From the NCBI GenBank assembly GCA_973895155.1, contig OZ316892.1, positions 20,521,519 to 20,585,518 of the forward strand: a stretch of 64,000 nt of DNA, read 5' to 3'. This document shows positions 1 through 13,008 of the stretch, piece by piece. The stretch is from Marsupella aquatica (Eukaryota > Plantae > Marchantiophyta). Numbering within the stretch: position 1 is the stretch's first letter; the number at the start of each line of letters is the position of its first letter. The notes below the pieces were generated by a model that was given only the letters and a program-made list of their open reading frames with translations, ran no database searches and had not been told where the DNA came from. The position numbers and the translations under genes were made by a program.

Positions 1-1998
1 TACGAGCTATTATATTTGTTTTATAACAATTGACTGAATCATATGATATCCTGTGGAGTCCATTTGTCTGTGTGTACAGCCATATGACTCGGTGTTTGAA
101 TTACATAAGCCAAAGGGCACAACAAAAATACAAGTCATATTTTCCATGGTTTCCAGCTTCAAGAAGTCAGCGATGCCCATTTGTCTAGTACGTGGAAATG
201 TGGAAATGGCGATTCTGCTTGGCCCCAGACTTGGCTGGAAGATGAGTTCCCTGTAGCTAAGTAATATTCATGTTCCATGTAACTATTGTAGCTAAAGCTC
301 TTGAAAGTGATAGTGTCGGGGATAGTGTCCTTAGTTTTGACTTCATGGACAGGCCCGCAAGGTGAATCTAAAATTTTGGTTTCAGTCCAGACGCCAGTTT
401 GTAGTCTTTCGAATCTCACTCAGATGCTCACTCTCTTGAAAGTGAATGATGTAGCTGGAGTATGAAACTACACATATGCTTACAACGTATCTAGTTTGCT
501 TGAATATGGTGTACATATTTGTGGGACCATGTCTGATAGCCATGATAAAGTTTTTGGAGCATATATCTATATACACCTAGGGGCACTAATGTTGATTCAG
601 AAGAATTTAGCTATGGATAGCCATGAGATTCTATGGCAATCCAAATGGCATGGTTTTCATTGAAATATATGCTCTATATAATTGTAGTTGTCCGGTAGAG
701 ATTAGATCCAAGGGGGAGATTGCAGATCGGAATTGAATAGCTAGCTATTGTAGCCAAAATGAGGGTGCTATCTGAGCAATCATTACATAATTGGGATGGT
801 ATTTGGGAGCCTTCTAATTTCTGGGTGATTTTCATCCTTCTTTGTATTCAGTTCTATTGTACATATTTTTCCTCATTGATGGCTAAGGTTTGGTTCAAAT
901 GAGGATACTAACCAACATGATCATCTTTGACTGTTGGTGCTTGCCTGTAAAGCCAGGATTCTAGGAAGGACAACTTTTTGTGTGAAATTTTGACAAGGAC
1001 TCACATGAGTGTTTTGTAAGTTTTGTCTTAAATCTAGCTCTTTTTTAACATGCTGGTAGTGGTATATTTGGAGGAATGTGTCGAAGGACGTGAGGATACA
1101 ACTACCATTGGTCCCCGTGCCACCCTAGAAAAGGCCGGTGCTTATTTCCCTTCTCCAAGTTTATTTATCCACCTTGGTCTCTTTAATTGTTGGGTATCTT
1201 TTTGCACTGTTGCACTTTTGATTTGTGCTAGGCCCATGCTTGACATGCAAGGACCAGGATGAACCTAACTGCGTCTTACTTTGCAAGTTGTACAGTAGAC
1301 ATTTGTCTATCTGAGTAGTAAAGTTCACTAACATGCACTCGAGATAGAATTTCTTCAAGTGACCTTTATATCTGTTAGAGGTTTTTAATGAAATTGATAA
1401 TTATTGCAAACTAATTCATTCTTGTTTTTTATCAATGAAACAAGCAAAAAGCCCATCTTGTGCTGAAACTATTTCAATAAGAAAGAATTTCAAGCTTTCA
1501 CCATACTATTCTCATGTTCAAGTATGACCAATGATTGGTTGACATAAGATACATCTGACTACTGCAAATGAATATTAGATTGCTCGATGGTTGGTATACA
1601 TGATAACCAATCAAATTAAAGTTTTTGTTTGACGTTGTGGGTGGGTTTTGCTTTGTGTGCACCCAAGAATCAAGGAATAAAAGCCAGGAGAAGAATTCAA
1701 ATAAGGATTGATATAAAGTTTTGCTGGTTGCTAGAAGTCATTGTAAGTTACCTCCATATCTTGTTTGTCTTCTTTAGGTCAGTTTTCTCATTTGGGATTT
1801 TTGTGCTTGTGGTATTTCTGTATGTTGTAATTGTGGATATATCTCTTCCTGCATCAATCCCGCTGTCTAGCTCCACCAGTTTGAAGACCGTCCCGGGCTA
1901 GAGAGCTTTCGAGTCGTCTAAGAGAGGACTATGTGTTGAGATTTCATCAAGCAACCCTGACGTTTGTCTTGTTGAGACTACTGAAGATGTCAATGAGG

Positions 1999-2295
1999 CT
2001 CGTTCTCCTCAATCCAAGGGGTGTCCCATATCACGCGCAAAGTTTTGGGGAATAAACACCCTAAAACTTAAGTCAATAAAGTTTTTTATGAATTTTTTTA
2101 CCCCTAACTTGATGGAATATTCCCAAATTTGATTTTAAGAAACCCTACGATTCTTATAATTCTCAAATTAAATTGGATTTAAATAACCCTAATATTCTTC
2201 AACAAAAATTTGAAAGTATTTAACTAAACCCAATAAAAAAACCCTATATTTATTCGCACGTGATGAGTCAGCAGAAAAAAAGTGAGGACCCGGGG
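1999..2295. mobile_element. Non-autonomous MITE-like element related to the P-like transposon at 36109-45384 (opposite orientation)
   Basis: Flanked by CAATGAGG (1991-1998) and CAATGAGA (2296-2303). The reverse complement of the right end, CCCCGGGTCCTCAC...ATCACGTGCGAATAAATATAGGGTTTTT, matches 36109-36168. The left end CCTCA...CCCATATCACGC matches the reverse complement of 45345-45384. Removing it restores copia VNE-NIIFAEA. Confidence 0.8.
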
Positions 2296-2401
2296 CAATG
2301 AGAACATCATCTTTGCAGAAGCAATCAATGACCCCAGGTGGAGCGTTGCTATGGCTGACGAATTTGAATCACTTATTAAGAATGAGACTTGGGATCTGGT
2401 C

Positions 2402-3102
2402 CCCTGGGCCCTCACTCCTAGAATATATTATACATACATACCTGTGAGCCTCCCTTCCCCTATATCTCTACTTATTTTTTTTTTCTCATATTGAGATTAA
2501 CCTTGTTTTTTTGTAAAAACTACATTTTTGTTATTTTTCATGTGTCTTGAGTATGTTATAAAAAATGGTTTTGGGCTATAATATTTACCCTTCATAGATT
2601 ACAAATTTTAGTGCATTCAAAAGGATTTAAGGATGGAGAAACATAATGTAAACTGTGGTGATAACTACTTACATTAAAAGCTAATCTATTGTATTCTACC
2701 CACACCCCTAAAACCCTCTACTAGCCTCCGCCCGGCCCCAACCCCCAATAACCAAGCCTTTTGGCTAGGATACGCATTTGGGCTAAACCTTGAGCTTTAT
2801 ATACAGTTTGATATATGCAAACATATGTGGACAAAACACATGTGTGGACACATGTACCAATTAAGAATGGACATGTGTACCACTAATGTAATGTTGTGTG
2901 TTGTTACCTATTGATCCCCCCTTCCATAGAAATAAAAATGAGAACATTTAAAAGGGTCTTGCCAAATTAGAAGAAGGTTCAAGAATATATGTGGAGGTTA
3001 CTTACTTGTAAAGTAATTCTAAAAATTATTGTGGGATGGATAAAATTGACCCTGGAATGGTTCTCACATCCTCCCGTATTAGAAAGGAGTGGGGGCCTAG
3101 GG
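2402..3102. mobile_element. Non-autonomous TIR element (about 700 bp)
   Basis: TIR CCCTGGGCCCTCACTCCT vs AGGAGTGGGGGCCTAGGG (16/18 match). Flanked by T(C/T)TGGTC(C), a 7-8 bp duplication. Removing it restores copia WDLVP-LPKG. Confidence 0.75.
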
Positions 3103-5489
3103 TTTGGTCCCACTTCCTAAAGGTAGAAAAGGCAATCTCAGCCAAGTGGGTATAGAGGGCCAAGCCTGAATTTAATCCAACTCATCAATGCCTCAAAGCT
3201 TGACTTGTCGCCCGCAGATTTGAATAGCGCTACGACATCAACTTTGAGGATACATTTTCTCTAGTAATTAAATGGGCCACACTCCGTCTGGTCATTACGC
3301 TTGTTGCAGCTCTAGGTTGGGAATCGCATCACATGGATGGAGTTCACAACATTCCTCAACGGGAAACTCAAGGAACTAAACTACATCATGCTGTGTCATC
3401 GTGTCATCTGGTTTTGCAAAACCAGGGTCAGAACACTTGGTTTGCAAACTCAATCGTTGCCTTTACAGCCTCAAACAATCACCTCAAGCGTGGTATGAGG
3501 AGGTGGATGCTTTTCTATGCAGTAATGGCTGGACCCGCAGTGCAGCTGACCACAATCTCTATTTCATCAATGACAATTGTAGCATCGTCTTGCTACTTCT
3601 ATTTGTCAATGACCTGCTCCTGACAGGCAATGATCCTGCAAAAATCAGTGAAGTCAAGACGCAGCTCAGCAGCAAATATCGAGGCAAATATCAGATGAAA
3701 GATCGTGGTTGTGTCCAACGATACCTTAGGATTGAATTCCAAAACACTCCGACCCGCTGACATTTTCATTCATCAAACATCATTCTACTGCCAAAAACTA
3801 TTGGCAATTTTTGAGTTGCAAGATTGCAAACCCGCTGCAGTTCCTCTCTTGGAGGGTATTTTTCTCACTTTTGACACATCTACCCCTGATGTAGATGTTA
3901 CTCACTATTGTCAAGTTCTATTGTCAAGCTGTTGGTAAGCTTGAACACTAGGCCTGACCTTGCTTATTCTGTTGGGATCCTCAATCGTTTTATGGTCTTG
4001 CCCTCAGCAATGGCACCTTGATGTTGCCCATCATGTCCTTAGATATGTAAAGGCCACCACTGTCTACAGGCTCTTTTTCCCACGTTCTCAGTCACTCACA
4101 ATTGTTGGCTACACAGACTCTGACCATGCAGCTTGTAAAGAAACTCGTCGCTCCATTGGGGTCTACCTGTTTCAATTTGCCGGTGGAACTATCACCTAGT
4201 CCAGCAAGCGCCAGGCTACTGTCTCCCATAGCACAATTGAAGCAGAGTATAGGGCACCATCAGAAGGGGCATGCAAGGGGGTGACATTCCTACATTGGCT
4301 TATTGCAAAACTTACTTTTATCCTTGCATTGCAAGTGGCACTTCATTGCCCTCAACCTGAAGTTGAACTGTCTGATCTGTCTGTAGCACAATCACCCACA
4401 ACTCAAGACTTGCATCTCAATTTGCATTGCAACAATCAGGGCTCAATCAATCTTGCCAAAAATCTTATCTTTCATGCTCATACTAAACACATTGAATTGC
4501 AGCATCACTACATTTGCGAACATCTGCTCGAAGGGGAGGTCTCTATCAAGTATGTTCCAACAACCAACAATCCAGCAGATATTCTCACAAAAGCACTTTC
4601 ACGGTGGAAATTTGAGCAGCACAGGAACTTTATTGGCATGAGATCATTAGGGCGTCTCAAAGCTTGGCCTTAACAAGATAAGGCCCTCCCATACTCAAAT
4701 ATTATGGGAACTCCCGTAAAAGTTATGGGAGCTGATCTTCGGCTCCTATAAGGAAAGCCCGCGGGCTCAACACTTACCCCATAACTTTCCCACAACTTTA
4801 GGCGGAAATGTATCTGGAAATCCAAAAATCAAGGACTCTAGAACCCCAGAAAGCCCGACTGAAGGCACGTGGCATTGGCGGGGGCATTTTCTCCTGACGT
4901 GGTGATTGCTGCTACATTTGAGGCGGCAACTGGTCAAGAATTAAAGCAATTTAAATGATATAATATGCTATGAGACAGGTGAGGCCGTAACCCCTGCCTT
5001 GTGGGGCGGGTCAATGTTACCTCCCTCCATTTTCTAAATTCTATAACTAGGTGACCCCATAACTTGAGTCCCCATAACTTGAGTTATGGGATATATCACA
5101 AATCCGTAACTTCTCTAATGACCTAGCTTTGAGAAGCCCTATTACAATGAAGACATTTTGCAATTGGCCAGCTTGCCATCTACATCTACTCAGCAATAGT
5201 AACATTTGTCTCTATAAATCTCTAAGCAATACTCACATCGATATATCTCCTTTCCAGAGTCATCTAATCCTACTTGTTTATACTGGTGCCCCTTGAGCGC
5301 ATGCTCTTCTGCCTTCCTCAATCCACTCTGTAAATTTCGTTCCACTTTGACCCTAGTCTTAAAAGACTTGTATACCTGACCACTATAACCTCAAACCTGA
5401 GGCTTACAATCTTCCCATGACTCGTACATGCCAGGTACAAATACTCTCATCATGTCATAGTATTTCTTTCGGGTGGTTGGATATGTAAA

Positions 5490-7700
5490 ATATCATGATA
5501 TTGGCACCAATGCTTGTCGTGGTCCTTTCACACGCTGTATTGCTCCATAAGGGGTATTTGCCTCCCTTCCCTTGACTTGCGATTCGCCTTCCTTCACCAC
5601 CAAGTTTGCAGAGGAGCTTGTTGCGCAATCCATTACCATCGGTTCTCTCTGAAGTTCTCCACCCTTAGGAACATGCTCATTCGTGTGGACGGACCGGAGA
5701 TTGTTGCTATCGACTACCACTGTCTCCTCTTTCATTGGTGGATTCATACATCTGTTCAATCTACGAAGGCAAACTTTTGAACAGTTCATGGAGGCACCCA
5801 GCAAGCTTGCTTCCTACTCTCAATATCGACATTATGAGCAGAAAGAACATCCGCGCCAACAATCGTAACATTTCCATTGTGTTTCTCTCTCTCTCAACTT
5901 CGGATGAGAAGGGGTATTAGGATCCAGCATCCGATGTTGCAATACTTCTCTCTTGTGTCTGCCACTAGTCGCTTTGTCGTTATTCTACTGAGATATAGGA
6001 ACGTTAGATTTAGGGCTAATGCCAATTTACGGGTTAGAGTAGGACTCATCCCCGACTATTCCACTGGGATGTTCTCGGCCACAATAGATTCGAGGCCTGA
6101 CTCTATTCGATTCTGCATCATTCAGTAAAGCAACAACATTGTTTTCATTTTCTACGCATATTTGTGCTTGTCTTCATATTTACCCATTGACCCTGTGCTT
6201 TGTTGTCTGAGAACCGTCTGTTAAGTAATTTCTTGTTTTGTAATATTTTTGTTTTCCTTGGGAGACTTTTGTTTTCCTCCTTCTTTTCTCCTTAATAGTG
6301 CATATGCTACTTATCTTTAATCTGACTGAGTACTTATCTGTGTTTGCTTGTTCCGAGATCTCCATTTGATGATGGAGTCGATGACGTCTCTCCCCAATTG
6401 CTCCACCTTCGTTCGCTCTACCTTCGGTCGTTTTCCACGCTAGTTCAAATCGCTCGATCGCCTTCGCTAGAAAGTTTCGCAGGCTTGATTCTCACTTCTT
6501 ATGACGTCAGATTCGATTGCTCCTTCTTCACACCGACTTCACTGGTGCTCGCTCTCCCATTGCTCGCTAAGCCATGTCCAGCCGTCCAAGCTCGCTCCCC
6601 CTTTGGTGCTCCCCCATTGCTTTGTCCGCCATCGCTCGTTCATCCCCCTTCTCTAGAATGTGTATTTTTCTGCTTGGCTCCTTTTTATAAATTGACTTTT
6701 TCTTCTTGAAATTTTTAATACCATGACTTTGAGAACCCAATGGAAATTTCGAAGAAGGAACGTCCCATGCAACGATGTGTCGCTAAATTCAACGACCTGG
6801 ATTCCGGCCATGTGGGAATTGAGCACCGCGGGGAGCAGCAACGAGAATTAAAACAATGTTTCGGAGTCTATAAAGAGCTTGAACTCCTGAGTACTCGTAT
6901 AAGTATGGAGCAGTATCTGCCTTCTCGAAGTGGTGTTGGGAGCCTACCTCAGACACTGACTTGGAGCAAGCAAGCAATGGTCTATGGGCGTGACCTTCAT
7001 CTGAACTGTAGTATTATTGCAATCTGAGTCTCCTAGTTTCGCCCCGACCGAGTGAATTTGTCTGCGTTTCCTCTCCACATTGCTAGCACGAAATCGAATC
7101 AATGGTCTCTGTGGCCCGACCCATATTGTCAATCCCGCCAGCTGAGATCAGTTCAACGACGTTAGAGTAAACGAGCCTTGTTGGACTTCGCTGCATTAAT
7201 AGGTAAGCTGTTAGGCTTGGCTTGGTTTGTCAGCGGGAGATCAGCTTGGTCCACTTAGCTTAGAGACTGGTGCTGTGCTTTTCTCTTGATTCAGTGTGTA
7301 CACGTTCTTGGACTTGATCGACGAGCCTAGTTTTCAATTGACTTGGAAAGGAGTTGTATCCGTTGATTTTCCTCGTGCATTTCTACTCCTCTAGCTCTTG
7401 ACTAAAAGAAGGCTACTCTAGAATAATGTGAGTGTCTGAGATCTTTGACCGCATTGTGTCGCTGCACCTATTTCGAGTTAAGACAACAAATTGATGTTTT
7501 CTGTGAAACTCGTCGGTGAGAATCTTCCAATCACTCGGAGCCTCATGAGCGTGATAACGAAAAACTCGCCATCGAGAGAGCCAGCGCGCGCAGTAAAAAC
7601 TCGTGCTACCTTAAAGTTTAATCTAGCCGTTTGCGTGAGTACTACATACGAGATTTGTTCCATACAGCGCTCCTCTCCCTCTCCACACTAATAAATTCAC
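5490..7700 (-). mobile_element. Possible highly decayed Ty3/gypsy-like gag-protease relic
   Basis: Weak aspartic-protease-like remnants on the minus strand (LVADT... and VTIVGADVLSAHNV). No intact ORF and no confirmed LTR pair. Confidence 0.3.
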
Positions 7701-8311
7701 TGCGGGAACTACTTCTCTAAGTGTCTCTATTTAGCTGTTACCTCGCCGGCCACGGCTTCTATTTGGACACTAACGTACTACGGGTGGCTAGACAGAGTAT
7801 TTGCCTTGTCAGGAGACTGATTCCGTTGTTTGCAGATGAGAAGGGTTTCTGACTGATTTAAGAAGAGAGTGCTGGGATCGTCTTGAGGAAAGAGTATCGT
7901 CTCTCACGGTAATTTCAAAAACCTGAGTCTACTAGCATGAGAACTTATTGTTAGTACTCCTGTTCGATGTTCAGACTGCCATTGAGGCCAGCCAGTTGTC
8001 TTTCACTGGAAGACCGGCTCATTGAATTGTGATTTAATTTTTAGTGGTCTGGGAAGGTACCCGACCCGACCCTATTGCTTCAAGATTCTGACAATGCTTA
8101 GTCCGGTAGAGTCTTGCTTGCCTGTCAGTTAGCTGCGTTCGAGTTGCAACAATTTCTTTGCCATAGTGGCAAAAGCAGCTGCCAAATTTAGTCCTTCTTG
8201 TTCCAAATATTAGCAAACTTTTCTTGTCCAAGAGTTTTTAAGTTCTGCACTAATAGTTTTATTTCTACCAATCAGAACTCAGACGTAGAAAGCTAAGCGG
8301 AACTAGCTATA

Positions 8312-9364
8312 ATGTCGACTCCAGCATCCTCACCACCCGCTCAAACATTCACGCCAACTGCGCCTGTTACCACCCCAGCATCACCACCTTCGTCAGGGAT
8401 CTTGTCATCTGACTTGTTCCTACCCGCAATCGGCTTATATCCATTCCTTCCATGTCTGGTTGGAGTTCTTACGTTGGCATCATATCTGCTCATATTGCTG
8501 CTTATGCGATGTTGGCACAAGAAGCGGTCCAAAACGGAACCCTCGAAAGAGACACTTCTTCACAAGCATCTGGGTAACGTCTTGAAGGGGATCGAAGGTG
8601 ATACTGTGGATCTTTCACCAGATGAAGACGGTACCGAGACACAGGGGAAACTCCACGATCTTTCCCGTACGCTTTCTGCCATTCTTGCAAGTGAGAGACC
8701 AATGATATCCTTCCTGATTCCACGTTGGACGTGGAGTACGAGGAAGTATGTTATGTCCCTCATTACGGCGAAGAAGCAACCTTCAAAAGTGGCAGACGAA
8801 CAGTCATCCATTGATCAAGGTTCCGTGTTCTGCGTACCAGTATCAATCCCGTTCATTCGGAAGAGGATACAGAGATCGAGTTCGGACCCTCGTTTGGAAG
8901 GAGCTCAGTTGGCAGTTGTTTGCAAGGCGGTCCAAATAATGCAAGTAAACCTGGAGGGCCGATGGAGGACGTCCTTCAGCATAATCAGGTTTACAGTTGC
9001 CAGTCTTCTGACAATCTACGCCTTCTGGTACACCAACGTCAACACGATAGAGTACCTTTCCGCTTACATCGCAGGAGAGCTGGTAAGCACCGTGTACAGT
9101 CAACCTTTCATCGATTGGCTGATTCCCAAACTCGATCAGCAGATCGGGAATGTAGTGTTGATGCTCAAGCTGCATTTGGAGCATGAAGTATTATCTGGTG
9201 CATCGCGGGAAGAGCTTCCTTTGACGGACTGGGTGCGCAGCTATTTCAGAGGGTTTGACGAAGTAAAAGAACTTCTATGTATTCGCGATCAGGGAGTTAA
9301 GGCGACGAAGGGAGGTTTCCTTCGCTGGGCAAAAGAGAGTATAGCCGGTATGTCCTTTCCTTAA
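8312..9364 (+). CDS. Intronless 350-aa putative membrane protein of unknown function
   Basis: Clean ATG-to-stop ORF. Pro/Thr/Ser-rich N-terminus, a hydrophobic segment followed by basic residues (HKKRSK), and a second hydrophobic segment near aa 220-240. No family recognised. Confidence 0.7.
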   Translation: MSTPASSPPAQTFTPTAPVTTPASPPSSGILSSDLFLPAIGLYPFLPCLVGVLTLASYLLILLLMRCWHKKRSKTEPSKETLLHKHLGNVLKGIEGDTVDLSPDEDGTETQGKLHDLSRTLSAILASERPMISFLIPRWTWSTRKYVMSLITAKKQPSKVADEQSSIDQGSVFCVPVSIPFIRKRIQRSSSDPRLEGAQLAVVCKAVQIMQVNLEGRWRTSFSIIRFTVASLLTIYAFWYTNVNTIEYLSAYIAGELVSTVYSQPFIDWLIPKLDQQIGNVVLMLKLHLEHEVLSGASREELPLTDWVRSYFRGFDEVKELLCIRDQGVKATKGGFLRWAKESIAGMSFP

Positions 9365-10539
9365 TGGAGCCTCGCAATAATCAGAATGTAGCGAGTTTCT
9401 GAGTTCAGCGAGCTAGAGCTGTCCACTTTGGAAAAGTTGCTCTAGACTCACCTTCCTAGATATATATCTTGTTGACTAAATGGATCACTTAGACACGATA
9501 GCAACCACCGCTGGAAGCTTTCGAACTTACGATATTGCACTCAAGTCTGCTGCACAATTGGCAGGCCGGAGGACCTTTTGTTTCTACCTAGCTAGTTAAC
9601 CGTAGGGGCACAAGCAAGATATGTACATATATAGCCCATGTCGATTTGACATACTGATTAATATCGTCTGTCAATTGTGGAGGTCAATTAGACATGTCAA
9701 TTGAGCAAGACGCCAATTGCCTTCACACTAGGCTTCAGTTCCAAAACCTGTAATTTATGTACGTGACATCTGATTGTTTATATGTATTATTTGTCTCACA
9801 TGTATATCACATTCCCCCTGACTGGATAATCATTTAGACACTCCTCTTTTCAACAACTTTTTGTTCCGACTATTCCGCCCAGTTAGTAACCAGTTAGTGG
9901 AACCATGATCAGATCAAGAAGCATTCGTCAACATATTTTCTAAAGGGATTTAACGTTGCTGCTTGACAAAAAACAGGTGGAACATCTATTCATGTAAAAC
10001 CAGCTTTTCTACCAGGGAGCCCAAATGAATGCCCCTGGATGCATAAATACAAAAGAAGCCAGATCTTGGAGAGTGCTCCAGGTAGACTTCAATTTCTATT
10101 GATGTTCGCTCCCGCATGGTCATCTGTGGTTTATCATGCGTTACCATGTTTCAAGGACAGTGGACGGTTAATTAGCTGAAGAAATACGAAGAAACCCTTC
10201 TCAAAGGAGAACTCACAAATTCACTTCAAACTTGCTTTCATTAAATGACGCTATCCCAGCGCCTAATTACGATGAAATCACTTCTGATACCACTACCATT
10301 GCCCTTGCAAGATAGAACCAGATTTGATGACGGTGCAGAAAAAGTTTTAAACCACACTTGATCCTTGGATCTCATTGTACACATTCACTTAAATGACATA
10401 ATTTATAGATTGAATCACATTTTCAGGCTTTCTACTCACTGTCATCTGGGTGACCTTGGTGAGGAAGCTTAGCTGGACATCTACCTTTCAAAACCATCTA
10501 CCTTTCAAAACATAGATATCATGGCAACTGCCGGCTTCA

Positions 10540-10600
10540 GTCAGTTGGCCAGGGGATTAGGCTAGAACCAAGCAAGAGATCTCAAGTTCAATCCCCCCTT
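10540..10600 (+). other. Possible tRNA-derived SINE head
   Basis: A-box-like TGGCCAGGGG and B-box-like GTTCAATCC at tRNA-like spacing. No TSD or tail verified. Confidence 0.25.
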
Positions 10601-12323
10601 CACACACAGGCGGTGAGGGTATGTGTGTATGTTTGTGTGGATGTAGTGTCTGGTAAGAGTACTGGTCTCTTCTCTGCCTCTCTTTGCATGTGGTCCTGGT
10701 CCAACTTTCTCCTTCCTGGTACGGTCCCTGTTAGATTTCTAGGTAACTATGGTCCCCCTTGTGGGTTACCCTACTCTAGTGAATATTCCAAAGTAGAATG
10801 TGTATCCTTGGATGGGTCTACTTTCAAGGCCCCAAACAAACAAAACATAGATGTCACTGCGATTTAAGTTCTCAAAAAACAAATTTATAATCTACATTTA
10901 TAGATTTTCTTAAAATTAACAAACAATCCCTGTAGTATAGTTCACTATTGATGGTGGGGACCAGGCAGGACAGCTGGGCAGCATAGGCACAGCTACGGGC
11001 AGTTGCAGGGCAGGTCATCTGCGATGTATTCAACTTCAATTAGTGACTCCCAATCTGTGAAGTACATTGGTTCCTTCACTGGCAGGGTTTTTGCAATCTG
11101 GAGATTGTGAGGTCAAAACGAGCTACCTTAGTTATTGTTTAGGGGTATGTAATGGAGACTGTGCTGTAATAAATACTTCAGTATTTTCAGCCGTAATTCT
11201 GAGGATGTCACTCCTCGCGCTCCTCACATCATTGTTTCATGGACCTCCAGAATGTTATTCCTCGTGCCCCTCACATCATGTAAAGTCACCTCCATGCAGC
11301 TAATGAACTTCGTTGAATAAATTATCAGAATGCACGGATTTGCAGGTGTTAGTAGTTTTTCCCATGGCCATGAACAATCGCAAGGCTATAGACTGTTACC
11401 CGTTCACCAGGCAGTGACAATCTCTCTATGACACTATCAAGTCTGCATACTTATTTTTTAAGTAGAGTGCATGGATCAATTGATACAGGTGGTTAGATAG
11501 AGACAATTCGAGACTCGAGAGTGAATGCAATATACGCATGAAAGATTATGGATAAAATCATTCTAGCTACTGGCGAGTACAGATTGCGACTCTTCTTCTC
11601 TGCAAGAAACTAGCTGATGATGAGTGTGCCATAAAGGTAGGAATCAGGACACAAGGTGTACAGCACGGGACGTGCAGATTTACAGTACGTTAGCAATAAT
11701 ACCAAGAGCTAATAATAAATTGTACACCGGCAGTAGCGCTACAGTGCCTGGACGCCCTGGAGCTTGGGAACCTTGGTTCCTCTTATTCAACAAAGCACGT
11801 GACACAATAGCGAAACAGGGGAAGTGGTTTTCTGAGAGTACATCCTTTTCCCAGGTAATTAGAAAATGATGATTGAAGCGTTTTATCTCTAAACGCGAGG
11901 TGGGACAGTAATTTTTGGTGGTCCCTTGCGCCGTCTCGCTAGTCTGCTTAGCAGCCACTCACTGGATGACAATGGCCTTAGCAAAGGTGTTTAGTGCCGC
12001 ATAAATACAGAGTGGCAGAACACGATCAATGAAAGACACTAGTTCTTGCGCGCAGGACGGAGATTATCGAATTATCAAAGCACATGTGGAAGAACGAGTT
12101 CGTGCATTGAGACTTGGAGATTAACCGGATTACCGAACCAGAATTAGGACCAGTAGGGTCTCGCATGGCAAATTATCAAAGCTTATATAGGATTGATTAG
12201 CAGACCTCGTGATAAAACGCCACGTCCTGGGGAATAGACAAAGCGATGACGGACAGAATGAATAGTGTGGGCAAGCGACGAAACCTCACGAGCCCAGAAA
12301 TCCGGGTGCTCCCTTTTTAATTG

Positions 12324-13008
12324 TTTCCTTTAGCGCGGATACTACGCTCTCTTGGCAACTGTATTGGTTGCTCTTTCAGGACGAGGAGATTCAACAGTCC
12401 TTGTCCAACTGGAACTGCATTACACAAGTCTCCAAGTTTTCTACTCGGAATGAACGCAAATGACGGCAGGGCCGTTAGTACTACCAGAACGGTGGGCCCA
12501 GGTTACTTTCGACGCATAGATGGATCGGCAGAGATGGAATCAAAACTATACGGTACTTGTCGGACAGGTCCGCTCTGAGGCCCTGAGGAGGAGAATCTAG
12601 TTGCCAGAATACAGTTGCCAAGCGAGCGCAGTATCCGCGCTAAAGGAAAAAAATACCAAAAATGGAGTTGAATTCTAAGGAGAATTTATTGGTGCTCCTG
12701 AAGGAAGGGATTCCCGATACATGTTACAGAAAGGCATGGAGCTCGTCGAAAGTAACATGTCTTCTCTACCCAATCCTTTCGTGGGCTTTCGATTTTGTTT
12801 CCCAATTCAATATTTGGGACCTGGGTCCACCGTACTGGTAGTACTAACCGCCCTGCCGTCGTTTTCGTTCATTCCTAGTAGAAAACTTGTGTAATGCAGT
12901 TCAAGTTGGACAGGGACTGTGAATCCTCGTCCTGTAAGAGCAACAAATACAAAAAGTGGAGTTTAATTCTCAGGAGAATTTATTGGTGCTCTTGGAAGAA
13001 GGGATTCC
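12324..13008. repeat. Compound inverted/direct duplication
   Basis: 12324-12365 is inverted at 12608-12649; about 12361-12502 is inverted at about 12819-12951; 12652-12715 is directly repeated at about 12946-13008. Confidence 0.85.

Larger units (their letters stand above)
1960..4673 (+). pseudogene. Decayed Ty1/copia pol (RT and RNase H), interrupted by two small TIR elements
   Basis: Fragments read EAINDPRWSVAMADEFESLIKNETWDLVP, then LPKG-KAISAKWV, LVCKLNRCLYSLKQSPQAWY, LLLFVNDLL (degenerate YVDD), GYTDSDHA, TKHIELQHHYI and PADILTK. Many stops and frameshifts. Confidence 0.92.

Noticed and set aside
709-730. PPT-like AAGGGGGAGAT followed by TG (possible LTR start)
   Set aside because: No partner LTR, TSD or adjoining pol sequence could be confirmed.
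4680-5125. Possible small TIR element with CCCATAAC/GTTATGGG motifs
   Set aside because: Short inverted motifs are present, but no matching termini or TSD could be defined.
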